Below, in pieces: positions 41,158 to 50,237 of a stretch of 64,000 nt of DNA (positions within the stretch are counted from its first letter, which is position 1; every line of letters starts with the position of its first letter). This DNA is from Alphaproteobacteria bacterium (lineage in GTDB: Bacteria > Pseudomonadota > Alphaproteobacteria > GCA-2731375): the NCBI GenBank assembly GCA_021776235.1, contig JAJFGG010000066.1, positions 26,904 through 90,903 on the forward strand. The letters are read 5' to 3'. Under the pieces are notes generated by a model that saw nothing but the letters and a program-made list of their open reading frames with translations, did no database searches and was not told where the DNA came from. The translations under genes and the position numbers were made by a program.

Positions 41158-42321
41158 ATGAAAGGCCCCGCCAATCAGATCGCGGGCGATAATTAGCCGC
41201 TGCACCTCGTTCGGACCTTCGCCAATGCGCCGGATGCGCATCTCCCTGAACCAGCGTTCGAAGGGAAACTCCTTGGTGACGCCATAGCCGCCATGGATCT
41301 GCATGGCCCGGTCAACCACCCGGCCGCCGGCTTCCGTGGCCGCGATTTTGGCCATGGCGGCTTCCGTCCGAAAGGGCTCGCCCTGGTCGGCCTTGTGGGC
41401 CGCGGCCAGGGTCAGCCAGCGGGCGGTGCGAATGTCCAGTTCATTGTCGATGATCATGTTTTGGATGGTCTGCCGGGTGGCCAGCAGATCGCCAAAGGTC
41501 TCGCGTATCTTGACGTATTCGATGGCCATTTCCTGGGCCCGCATGGCGACCCCAAGGCAACTGGCGGCATAAGGAATGCGGTTGCGTGTCAACCGTTCGT
41601 TGGCGATGCCAAAGCCGCCGTCCACCTGGCCCAGGATATTCTCGGACGGCACCCGCAGGTCCTCGAACTGCAGTTCGGTGGCGTAATGGGTCGAACGCAG
41701 GGTATGCACGATACGCCGGACATGAAATCCCGGCATGTCCGTATCGACAATAAAGCAGGTGACGCCGGCCCGGCCCTTGTCGGGGCTGGTGCGGGCGAAG
41801 ACTAGGCCGAAATCGGCCCGGTCGGCGCCCGAGATGAATATTTTCTGCCCGTTGATGACCCAATCGTCACCGTCCTGAACGGCCCGGGTCTGTATGGCGC
41901 GGGCCGGATCGCTGCCCCCCGAAGGCTCCGTCAGTCCAAAGAATCCGCGTTTTTCACCCCGCAGGGTCGGGTATAGATAACGGTCTTTCTGATCATCATT
42001 GGCATCATAAAGCTGGGCCAGGCCCATGCTGCCGAAGGTGCCGTAACAGGGGGTATATAAACCGGCGCGGTGTTGCGACATTTCCATGGCCAGCAGGGTG
42101 CGCGTCATCACATCCAGGCCGGCGCCGCCGAATTCCTCCGGCACATCCATTTGGTACAGGCCCATGCCGGTGGTTATGGCGACCAGGCGGTCATGTTCTT
42201 CCCCGGGCAATTCACTGGCGTCGGGGTCCAGATCGGCTTCCAGGGGATCAACCTCCTGCCGCACGAAACGCCGCACCTGTTCAACCAGCATCCGCTGTTC
42301 GTCGGAAAGTTCCAAGTCCAT
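41155..42321 (-). CDS. Acyl-CoA dehydrogenase
   Basis: FGLTEPSGGSD, NGQKIFIS, QIHGGYG, RIGEGPNEVQR. Confidence 0.92.
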   Translation of the reverse strand: MDLELSDEQRMLVEQVRRFVRQEVDPLEADLDPDASELPGEEHDRLVAITTGMGLYQMDVPEEFGGAGLDVMTRTLLAMEMSQHRAGLYTPCYGTFGSMGLAQLYDANDDQKDRYLYPTLRGEKRGFFGLTEPSGGSDPARAIQTRAVQDGDDWVINGQKIFISGADRADFGLVFARTSPDKGRAGVTCFIVDTDMPGFHVRRIVHTLRSTHYATELQFEDLRVPSENILGQVDGGFGIANERLTRNRIPYAASCLGVAMRAQEMAIEYVKIRETFGDLLATRQTIQNMIIDNELDIRTARWLTLAAAHKADQGEPFRTEAAMAKIAATEAGGRVVDRAMQIHGGYGVTKEFPFERWFREMRIRRIGEGPNEVQRLIIARDLIGGAFH

Positions 42322-42343
42322 TTGTCGGTCTCCCAGAAAGGCT

Positions 42344-42679
42344 CTAACTCAAACTCAATTGGCCGATGCGCCGCGGCCGGTGCTTTTCATTGCCAGGGGG
42401 CAGGGTGCCATGATCGCCCATGTGAACCTTCAACAGCTCCTCCCAACGGCTCAGATACTGCTGGTTCACTTCCAGCCGGAAATGATGGCCGCCGCCCCGT
42501 TCGGCCAGCTCGTCCTGCAGGGCGCCGCGCAGGCCCCAAAGACTGCGGCCGCCAGCATAGCCGATATAGATAACCTCCCGGCTGTCGTCGGCAATCTGAT
42601 AGACGCCCAGTTGCGCCGGCAGGCCCGCAAGCGCTTCCGCCGTCAGGGGCCGCCAGGCTTTCTCCATCCGTATGGCCAT
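42344..42679 (-). CDS. Small hypothetical protein with GIY-YIG-like pattern
   Basis: LPAQLGVYQI...VIYIGYA; GGAG RBS before ATG 42679. Confidence 0.7.
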   Translation of the reverse strand: MAIRMEKAWRPLTAEALAGLPAQLGVYQIADDSREVIYIGYAGGRSLWGLRGALQDELAERGGGHHFRLEVNQQYLSRWEELLKVHMGDHGTLPPGNEKHRPRRIGQLSLS

Positions 42680-42692
42680 GTCTCCAGCCCCG

Positions 42693-43448
42693 CTATACGC
42701 CGCGGAAATCAGGTTGCCGCCGTTCCAGCCTGGCCTTGACGCCTTCCAGGGCATCGGTCGAGGCTGCTACCTTGGCCACGTCGGCGTTCAGGTCATCATG
42801 CGGCGTGGCGTCCCGGAAGGCCATGTGCCGGACCAGCATGGCTTTCATGTTGCGCAGCGACAGCGGCGCGTTGGCCGCCAGACGGTCGATGATCTTTTGC
42901 GCCGCTTCCTGCAGGCCGTCCGGTTCCGCGATCCGCGCGATAATGCCCATTTCATGCATGCGCGTGGCCGGCAGCGGATCGCCCAACAGCAGAATTTCCC
43001 GGCTCGCCACCGGGCCGGCAACCTCCATCAGTTTCTTGGCCAGGAACCAGGTCGGGGCCAGACCGATCTGCGACAGGGACATCCCGAATATCGCCGACGT
43101 GCTGGCGACAACGAAGTCGCAATGTAGGGCCAGTTCGTTGCCCCCCGCGATGGCCGGGCCATGCACCACGGCGACCACGGGCAGGGGATAGACTTCGACC
43201 CGGCGCAGCATGGCCTCGATCGCTCCGGGCTTGCCCAGGCCGGCCGCTTTCTGGCTCAAATCCATGCCGGAACAAAACGACGGCCCGTTGGCGCGCAGCA
43301 CCGCCACCCGCTCCTCGGCCCCCGGTTCGTCCGGAAAGGCCGCACTCAGGCCGTCCAGGGTCTCCTGATCCAGGGCATTGCGTTTCTCGGGCCGATTCAA
43401 GGTTATGGTCCGCACGGGACCATCTATATCCACCAGGACTTTGCTCAT
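42693..43448 (-). CDS. Enoyl-CoA hydratase/isomerase family protein
   Basis: LNRPEKRNAL, FCSGMDL, AIAGGNELALHCD. Confidence 0.9.
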   Translation of the reverse strand: MSKVLVDIDGPVRTITLNRPEKRNALDQETLDGLSAAFPDEPGAEERVAVLRANGPSFCSGMDLSQKAAGLGKPGAIEAMLRRVEVYPLPVVAVVHGPAIAGGNELALHCDFVVASTSAIFGMSLSQIGLAPTWFLAKKLMEVAGPVASREILLLGDPLPATRMHEMGIIARIAEPDGLQEAAQKIIDRLAANAPLSLRNMKAMLVRHMAFRDATPHDDLNADVAKVAASTDALEGVKARLERRQPDFRGV

Positions 43449-43611
43449 GGGGCGCTCCTACCGTTGAAATTTTTTCATCGCTATTGGCCTGACTATAGCA
43501 AAGCTTGCCCGCCCGGGAGCAATTTCGCTGCACAATTGGCCGGCCCGGGCCGCGCCCCGGCGCGCTGGCGTGCACGAAGAAGGTCGTTTCATTTTGAATG
43601 CGTGTCCAGAC

Positions 43612-43736
43612 TGGACCACGGCCGCGACGGCGGCCCGGCGCCCCTGCGCCGCCCTGGTGGAGCCGTGCGCCCTGGCGCACCGGCGTGAACGCCAAAAAGC
43701 TGATTCCTGTTCGATGCATATCGAACACGAATCAGC
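43612..43736 (+). repeat. Intergenic repeat family A, copy 3
   Basis: Core 43620-43641; terminal hairpin GCTGATTC.TGTTCGAT..ATCGAACA.GAATCAGC (43699-43736) overlapping the mutM stop. Confidence 0.78.
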
Positions 43737-44556
43737 GCTGGCATCTGGAACAAAAGAAGGTGGAACGGCCCGCCTGCACCAGGCGCTTGATGGCCTGTCC
43801 GCATTGGCCGCAGGCTTCGCCCTCGCGTCCATAGACCGCGAATTCGTGCTGGAAATAGCCCAGCTCGCCCGAGGCCTGAACATAGTCCCGCAGGGTCGAG
43901 CCGCCCTTGGCGATGGCCTTCGACAGCACGTCGCGAATGGCCGGCACCAGCCGTTCGGCCCGCCGGCCGGCCACCGAGGCCGCCAGGCGGCGCGGCGATA
44001 TGCCCGTATGGAACAGTGCCTCGCAGACATAGATATTGCCCAGCCCGGCGACGATTTTCTGATCCAGCAGGGCCGATTTGATCGGCGTCCGCCGGCCTCG
44101 CAGGGCCTGCGAGAGGACCACGCCGTTGAATTCATTGCCCAGGGGTTCTGGCCCCAGGTCCCGTAACAGGCGGTGCTTGTGCAACTCGTCGCCGGGGACC
44201 AGATCCATCATGCCGAACCGGCGGTGATCCTGATACACCACCGTGTGGCCGCCATCCGTTTCCAGCAGGACATGGTCATGCTTGCCGGGATCGGGCGCCA
44301 GGCCACTATGGATATACATCCGCCCCGACATGCCCAGATGGGTCATCCAGACCCAGCCGTCGTCCAGATCGGCCAGAATGAATTTCGCCCGCCGGTACAG
44401 CCGCTGCACGGTCCGGCCCTGCAGCCGCTGGGCGAAGTTATCCGGCAGGGGCCAGCGCAGATTGTCGCGCCGCTGGCTGACCCTGGTCAGCCGGTGGCCC
44501 ACCAGGGGCCCTTCCAGGCCGCGGCAGACGGTTTCAACTTCGGGCAGTTCTGGCAT
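43732..44556 (-). CDS. mutM: Formamidopyrimidine-DNA glycosylase
   Basis: [22 protein letters not shown]-terminal zinc finger. Confidence 0.97.
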   Translation of the reverse strand: MPELPEVETVCRGLEGPLVGHRLTRVSQRRDNLRWPLPDNFAQRLQGRTVQRLYRRAKFILADLDDGWVWMTHLGMSGRMYIHSGLAPDPGKHDHVLLETDGGHTVVYQDHRRFGMMDLVPGDELHKHRLLRDLGPEPLGNEFNGVVLSQALRGRRTPIKSALLDQKIVAGLGNIYVCEALFHTGISPRRLAASVAGRRAERLVPAIRDVLSKAIAKGGSTLRDYVQASGELGYFQHEFAVYGREGEACGQCGQAIKRLVQAGRSTFFCSRCQR

Positions 44557-44668
44557 CCGGGCACGTTAGCTGATCGGGCCGGTGGCCGCCAGCCGGCGGA
44601 AAAAAATATGCTATGCTGCCGCCGCGTTCGATCAAGCATGCCGCACGAACAGGGGGGCGAGGCCAGTC

Positions 44669-45412
44669 ATGGCGCCAGAAGCCAGCACCGATTTCGGTTT
44701 TCAGCGTGTCCCATGGGGGGAAAAGACCGCCCGGGTACGCGGCGTCTTCAGCTCTGTGGCGGGCCGCTACGACGTCATGAACGACCTGATGTCGGGTGGT
44801 CTGCACCGCCTCTGGAAGACCGCCTTCATCACCTGGCTGCGGCCCAGGGCCGGCATGCATCTGCTGGATCTGGCGGGCGGCACGGGCGATATCGCCTTCC
44901 GCTTTCTCGCCGCCGGCGGCGGCCGGGCCACGGTGGCGGATATCAACCGGGACATGCTTTTGGTGGGGCAAAACCGGGCCCGGCGGCGGCGTCTGGCCGG
45001 CCCCATCGAATGGCTCTGCGCCAACGCCGAAAGCCTGCCCCTGCCTGATGCCTCCGTCGACGCGGTCACCTGCGCCTTCGGCATCCGCAATATGACCGAC
45101 AAGGCCGGGGCCCTGGCCGAAATGCACCGGGTGCTGAAGCCCGGCGGCCGTTTCCTGTGCCTGGAATTCTCCCGTCTCGCCCTGCCGGGGCTGGAGGGCC
45201 TGTATGACACATACTCGTTTCAGGTCGTGCCGCGCCTGGGCCGCATGGTCGCCGGTGACGAGGCCTCGTACCGCTACTTGGCCGAAAGCATCCGCACTTT
45301 TCCCGATCAGGACGCCTTCGCCGCCATGCTCACCCGGGCGGGCCTGGGCAACGTCAGCTACCGCAACCTGGCGGGCGGCATCGCCGCCATGCATTCCGCC
45401 TGGCGGATTTGA
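44669..45412 (+). CDS. ubiE: Ubiquinone/menaquinone C-methyltransferase
   Basis: YDVMNDLMS.G.HRLWK, LDLAGGTGD, FGIRN, YLAESI; divergent from mutM as usual. Confidence 0.95.
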   Translation: MAPEASTDFGFQRVPWGEKTARVRGVFSSVAGRYDVMNDLMSGGLHRLWKTAFITWLRPRAGMHLLDLAGGTGDIAFRFLAAGGGRATVADINRDMLLVGQNRARRRRLAGPIEWLCANAESLPLPDASVDAVTCAFGIRNMTDKAGALAEMHRVLKPGGRFLCLEFSRLALPGLEGLYDTYSFQVVPRLGRMVAGDEASYRYLAESIRTFPDQDAFAAMLTRAGLGNVSYRNLAGGIAAMHSAWRI

Positions 45413-45435
45413 AGTCTGACGCTGAAGTCTGACGC
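45410..45435 (+). repeat. 13-bp tandem duplication TGAAGTCTGACGC x2 at the ubiE stop
   Basis: Copies at 45410-45422 and 45423-45435. Confidence 0.7.
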
Positions 45436-45516
45436 CTTGTTTCCGATACCGGTATTTGATCTGCGTTAAAGTTGCGGCTAGTCTTTTTTCTCCATCTAAA
45501 ATGGAGGGCGCGGATC

Positions 45517-46923
45517 ATGAGTAACCTTACGGATAATGTCGGGAATGTTGTTGTCCTTATGTTGGAGAACCGATCCTTCGACACTATTCTCGGCGGCCTC
45601 TACGCTGGCGGCTCTTCGCCCGTCACCGGCCAGCCTTTTGACGGTGCCCAAGGCACGGTGACCACGAACGATACCAACGTCGACCCCGATCCCTACGAAT
45701 ACCTCGACGAAGTCTATCTGCAGCAATTTGGCGCCGACGCGCCCGCCAGTGGCTGGAATCGGACGGATGCTCCGCCTATGAACGGCTTTGTCGACAACTA
45801 CACCGCTGCGATCAAGGAGTGGAATGGCAAGTTCCTCCACCGGCACGAACAGAAAGACACGGTCGGTGCTCAGATCGCCTATCAGTATGACGCGACCGTG
45901 CTGCCGAACACCTGGTTCCTGGCCCAGCAGTTCGCCGTTTGCGATCGTTGGTACAGCGCGGTCCCAAGCGACACCTGGCCCAACCGGCGTTTTGCTCTAT
46001 CGGGAACTTCGTTTGGCGACATTTACGATACGCCGAAAGTGGAACTGTTCTGGCCCACGATCTTCGACAACATGGCCACGGCTGGGGTCACGTGGAAGAT
46101 ATACGCCGACGGTCCGTCTCTGACGGCAATTCTGTGGCCGCATTTGATAGGTTACTTCTCTTTCGGATCCATAACGGATTTCGAGAATGATTGCGCCGCG
46201 GGCACATTGCCCCAGTTCGCGTTCGTGGAACCCGACTACAGCTCCGCCGGCAATTCCATGCACCCACCATACCCGGTCAGTCCCGGGGATCTGTTCATTG
46301 CGCAGATCTACAATGCCGTTCGTGGCAACACGGCCCAGTGGGATCAGACATTGCTGCTCGTGACCTTTGACGAGCATGGCGGCACCGCCGACCACGCGCC
46401 GCCGCCCGCGACCGCCGTCGCACCAGACAGCCACACCCAGGATGGCTTTGATTTCACCCGCTTCGGGGTCCGCGTGCCCATGTTGATGATCTCTCCCTAT
46501 ATTCCCGCGGGCACGGTCTATCGGCCCGCCGCAGGAACCTGCGATCACACCAGTATCCTCAGCACCCTTGAACTGCTGTTCGGTCTGGACCCATTGACCA
46601 ATCGGGACAAGGTCGCGCCCGCGCTGGACGGGCTGCTTGGCGCGACCCTGCGTACGGATTGTCCCCCCAGCACCAATCTTACGCCGGCGCCAACCGCGTC
46701 GTCCGTGCTGAGCGATGCCAGCAACCTGGCGCCAAACCATTTGCTGGTCTCGATGCTGGACATGGCCACGAGGCTGCCAACGGTTGATCGCTACCGCCAG
46801 TGGTGCGCGTCCGGCGAAGGCCGGGCGCCGTCGGGCAAACCGAACACCGACCATCTGACCGAGGTCGAGGCTTTGCAGATCATCCAGGCGAAAATCAACG
46901 AATATCTGCGCGCATTGGAGTAA
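45517..46923 (+). CDS. Phosphoesterase family protein (phospholipase C/acid phosphatase-like)
   Basis: VVVLMLENRSFD, TWPNR, SMHP, TFDEHGG..DH, GVRVP, DHTS; no obvious signal peptide. Confidence 0.88.
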   Translation: MSNLTDNVGNVVVLMLENRSFDTILGGLYAGGSSPVTGQPFDGAQGTVTTNDTNVDPDPYEYLDEVYLQQFGADAPASGWNRTDAPPMNGFVDNYTAAIKEWNGKFLHRHEQKDTVGAQIAYQYDATVLPNTWFLAQQFAVCDRWYSAVPSDTWPNRRFALSGTSFGDIYDTPKVELFWPTIFDNMATAGVTWKIYADGPSLTAILWPHLIGYFSFGSITDFENDCAAGTLPQFAFVEPDYSSAGNSMHPPYPVSPGDLFIAQIYNAVRGNTAQWDQTLLLVTFDEHGGTADHAPPPATAVAPDSHTQDGFDFTRFGVRVPMLMISPYIPAGTVYRPAAGTCDHTSILSTLELLFGLDPLTNRDKVAPALDGLLGATLRTDCPPSTNLTPAPTASSVLSDASNLAPNHLLVSMLDMATRLPTVDRYRQWCASGEGRAPSGKPNTDHLTEVEALQIIQAKINEYLRALE

Positions 46924-47016
46924 AGCTGCCGCTGTCTTTCACGGCGGTACTCCGGTGGTTGCGCGCAGCGATGCCACCATTTGCGGCGGTGGTGCGTTGT
47001 GCAAGGGCGCGATGGT

Positions 47017-48084
47017 TTATTCGAACAATCCCAGGAAAGTATCGATTTTGCCAATAACGGTGGCTGTAAGCCCGGCCCCATCGCCCGTCAACGCCGCCTT
47101 TAATACCAGATCGAGCTCGCCGGTCAGGGTCTTGAAGCGGCGTACTGTCGCCAGGTCCGGCGCCGGCGCCTTCGCCTGCAGGATCAGGGTCTCCGCGTCG
47201 GTCACCACCTGATCGATGATATCGGCAATCGCCGGCGGCAGGCGGTTGTGGCCGCCGCCGGGCCGCGCCTCCGTCTCCATAAAGCCGGCCAATGCCTTGC
47301 GCACGGCTGCAATCAGCTCTCTTAAACTGTTTTCCAGGTCGGCCGCGGCGGCCAACTGCTGATCGCGGCTCACATCCGGTCGCCGCCGCCGTGTCCGCTC
47401 TGGATCAATCTCCATGGCCGGCCTGTCATCAGGGCCCAGCTTGATCCGGTAGTGGGATTTCTCCGCCGGTTCCGCCGCCGGTTCCGCCGCAGGTTCCACC
47501 GCAGGTTTCGTGGGCGCCTTCGCCACGGGCGTGTCTTCAACCGGGGCCACGCCATTTTCCGGGCGGTGCGGCTCCCCGCAATCCAGTTCGGAATGTCTCA
47601 GCGCCAGTTGCCAATGCATGGCCCGCTTCAGGCCATCGCAATCCAGGCCCTTGACGGCGCTCAGGTCGGCGTTCATCAGATTGGCCTGCCTTATGTCCGC
47701 ACCGGTCAGATTGGCGCCGGACAGGTTGGCGCCGATCAGCGTCGTATCGATCAGGTTGGCATCGTCCAGAGCCGCCCCGATCAGTTTCGCCCCGATCAGC
47801 GCCGCCCGGTACAGATATGCGCCGTTCAGCGCCGCGCCGTTCAGGTCCGCGCCACTCAGGTCCGCCTCTCTCAGGTCTGCATTCTCCAGGTCCGCCCCGC
47901 TCAGGTCCGCGTCTCTCAGCTTGCCGTCACTCAGATTGGCATCGCTGAAATTCGCCCCGCCCAGGTTGGCGCCGGTGAAGTTCACGGCGCTCAGGTCAGG
48001 CCGGATATCGGGATAGTCCCGGCGCCAGGCGTTCCACGCCTCAACCCCCTCCGTCAGCTTCGCCAGATGTTCTCTATCCGCCAT
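47017..48084 (-). CDS. Pentapeptide-repeat protein with Pro/Ala linker and helical C-terminal domain
   Basis: GVEAWNAWR then many A(D/N)LxG repeats; EPAA repeats; GHN.PP motif. Confidence 0.85.
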   Translation of the reverse strand: MADREHLAKLTEGVEAWNAWRRDYPDIRPDLSAVNFTGANLGGANFSDANLSDGKLRDADLSGADLENADLREADLSGADLNGAALNGAYLYRAALIGAKLIGAALDDANLIDTTLIGANLSGANLTGADIRQANLMNADLSAVKGLDCDGLKRAMHWQLALRHSELDCGEPHRPENGVAPVEDTPVAKAPTKPAVEPAAEPAAEPAEKSHYRIKLGPDDRPAMEIDPERTRRRRPDVSRDQQLAAAADLENSLRELIAAVRKALAGFMETEARPGGGHNRLPPAIADIIDQVVTDAETLILQAKAPAPDLATVRRFKTLTGELDLVLKAALTGDGAGLTATVIGKIDTFLGLFE

Positions 48085-48174
48085 GCCGCGAGTATAGCCG
48101 CCCGCCGCCAGACCCGGCAATGCCACGCGGACGGCGGCCATCTATTGGGGCAGGCGTGCCGGCTTCGATTTGTA

Positions 48175-48405
48175 TGCAACCACAGAGTCCGCTCCTCAGC
48201 TCTGCGTCGCACCAGCCCGCGCAGGATACGTCCGCCCGCCCGGCGCCATTTCGGGAACTCGTCCGCCGCGGCCAGCAGGATCTCGCTATCGCCTTCGTCG
48301 ATATCCGGGTGGTCCATGGTCACCCTGGATCGGTCCAGGCCCCAGATCGAGCTATGGCAGATTGTGGCAATGCCGATGCAGACGGGGTCAGGTGTCCGCC
48401 AATAG
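48175..48405 (-). pseudogene. Internally deleted second copy of the phage endolysin
   Basis: SIWGLDR..TM.HPDI.EGD.EILLA joined to ADEF.KWRRAGGRILRGLVRRRAEER.LW; N-terminal catalytic Glu region and ~55 central codons missing relative to 51841-52284. Confidence 0.85.
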
Positions 48406-48589
48406 GCGCGCCTGGCGTGTGAACTATGCAATGACGCGGTTTTTTTCCACCATGCCTACGCCTCATTGACTCCCGGGCACTTAGGATTTTATCCTTTTTT
48501 GCTGATGTTCTTATATCGAACAGCGTATGCGATAATAGACGGGCTGGTTGTCAATCCCGGAAATATTGATCCAATTAAGGAGGGGTGCA

Positions 48590-49837
48590 ATGTTTAGAAA
48601 ATTCTTTCTGCGTCTAATCGAAATTGTAACGGCGATATTTATTGCCGCTTACATTGCCTTTGTGCCCACAGTCGTGATGAGTCAAGGTCTTCCGGAAGGG
48701 ATGATTTACTTCTATGCCTATGGCAACGCTTCTGGCGAGGACGCCTGCCCGAAAGGCGGCGAGGCATTGCCCGGCGGAAACTTGATCAAGGTTGGTAAGG
48801 AATCAGCAGATCCGGTCGGGACGCCGCTGGAAGACAAAACCGACCCGATGCACACACACGGAAAGCGGGTCCTCGTTTATCCCAATTTGGAACCCATGTC
48901 GATTTATTCGAGCACCTGTGACAAGGGCGGCTCGGAGGATAAATCGGGAAACTGCAATTTTTCGGGGGCCGCGCCCGGACCATTTACGGGGATAGGCTTT
49001 GTCGAATCCGCATCTTCGGGGCTTTCTTTTTTTCAAATCACGGCCTGTAAACAAACCGAAAAGCCAGCTTCTAAGTCCGGGCTAGATGTATTTCCAGTGG
49101 GTGCAGTCGTGTTCACCACTGGCGTTTCATTATGTAGTCAAATTGACCATTCCTGGAAATCTTTTAACAACGCCGGCAACGGTCTCTTCATAGTCACCCC
49201 AATGTCAGGGCAAAGCGTCGGTTTTTCAGCGGTAGTGGGGGAAAAGGGTGATACGAACCACGTCCATGTGCTCAAGGGAGAATTCGCGACCCCAACGGTT
49301 TATTTCGCCGCGGTCGCGGGGAAAGAGGGTGAAAAAGGTGGGCGATTGGCCGTGTCGAAAACCGACTACAAATATTACAATGATACCGACGCAGGGCCAG
49401 GCCTCCCATACTTGCAATATCCCTTATGCGAAAAACAGGAGAGCGAAAGACGCTATAGGTACAACATTCCGTCTGGGGTGGTCGTCTTCTCCAATACAGC
49501 CTGCACCGATGGCTGGTCCGAGGTGCGGGACAAGAATGGGGATCGACCGGATGGCCGCTTTATCGTCACTTTGCTTGGTGGCGGCGCAAACTTAACCGCG
49601 TTTGGAGCGCAACCTGGTATCGATAATACAACGATGGTGAGCCACAGACACGAAGGTACAGCACTTATCTCCCCACCTGCAGCGGGAGTGACCGTGAGAT
49701 CGACCGTGGCACCGGTAGATCCCAAAAACCCCGGAAACTATGCCGGGATTTTTTTGCATGCGCCGAAAGATATCGAGACAAATGAGTCAAAGGTAAACGC
49801 CCCGTACGTCCGGCTCCGGCTATGTCAAAAGAACTGA
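48590..49837 (+). CDS. Secreted Cys-containing protein of three tail-collar-like HxH repeats
   Basis: AAGGAGG RBS, signal-like N-terminus; three repeats P.G..F...C...(G.)(L/F)I...HxH...C(K/E/Q). Confidence 0.65.
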   Translation: MFRKFFLRLIEIVTAIFIAAYIAFVPTVVMSQGLPEGMIYFYAYGNASGEDACPKGGEALPGGNLIKVGKESADPVGTPLEDKTDPMHTHGKRVLVYPNLEPMSIYSSTCDKGGSEDKSGNCNFSGAAPGPFTGIGFVESASSGLSFFQITACKQTEKPASKSGLDVFPVGAVVFTTGVSLCSQIDHSWKSFNNAGNGLFIVTPMSGQSVGFSAVVGEKGDTNHVHVLKGEFATPTVYFAAVAGKEGEKGGRLAVSKTDYKYYNDTDAGPGLPYLQYPLCEKQESERRYRYNIPSGVVVFSNTACTDGWSEVRDKNGDRPDGRFIVTLLGGGANLTAFGAQPGIDNTTMVSHRHEGTALISPPAAGVTVRSTVAPVDPKNPGNYAGIFLHAPKDIETNESKVNAPYVRLRLCQKN

Positions 49838-49937
49838 CGCCCGTCGAGTATCCGTGGACAGCGTAAGATAAGGGGTTCCCGCCGCCGAATCCGCCAGGAA
49901 GTCGGGTTCGCGATCACCAGTTGATGGCCGGCCGGCT

Positions 49938-50174
49938 TTGAGGATCATCGCGCCGAAGGCAATTGTAGCAAACCCACCGACGGCTGACCTCGACATCTAC
50001 CGCACCGCCAAGCTGTTGATAGACCAATACGGCGAAGATGCAGCCTTTCACGCCGGCATGCGGGTGGATGAGATGTTGGACAGGGGCGACTTGGACGGCA
50101 GGGCGGTTTGGCGGCGGGTTCTTGCGGCTGTGGAGGAATTGCAGAGTGTGGGGGTTGAGGGGCCGGTGCATTAG
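49938..50174 (+). CDS. Small helical hypothetical protein typical of alphaproteobacterial prophages (start uncertain)
   Basis: DLDIYRTAKLLIDQYGEDA...GDLDGRAVWRRVLAAVEEL pattern. Confidence 0.55.
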   Translation: MRIIAPKAIVANPPTADLDIYRTAKLLIDQYGEDAAFHAGMRVDEMLDRGDLDGRAVWRRVLAAVEELQSVGVEGPVH

Positions 50175-50237
50175 TGAATCATGGTTTGAAATTCAACATT
50201 CAAGGCGCGGTTCCCGCGCGTTGCATACAATTCAAGC

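Noticed and set aside
41155..45412. Apparently higher GC block as a foreign island
   Set aside because: Contains core mutM-ubiE; the shift was judged by eye only and no mobility signals are seen
47460..47985. 12- and 15-bp periodicity
   Set aside because: Explained by the EPAA linker and pentapeptide repeats
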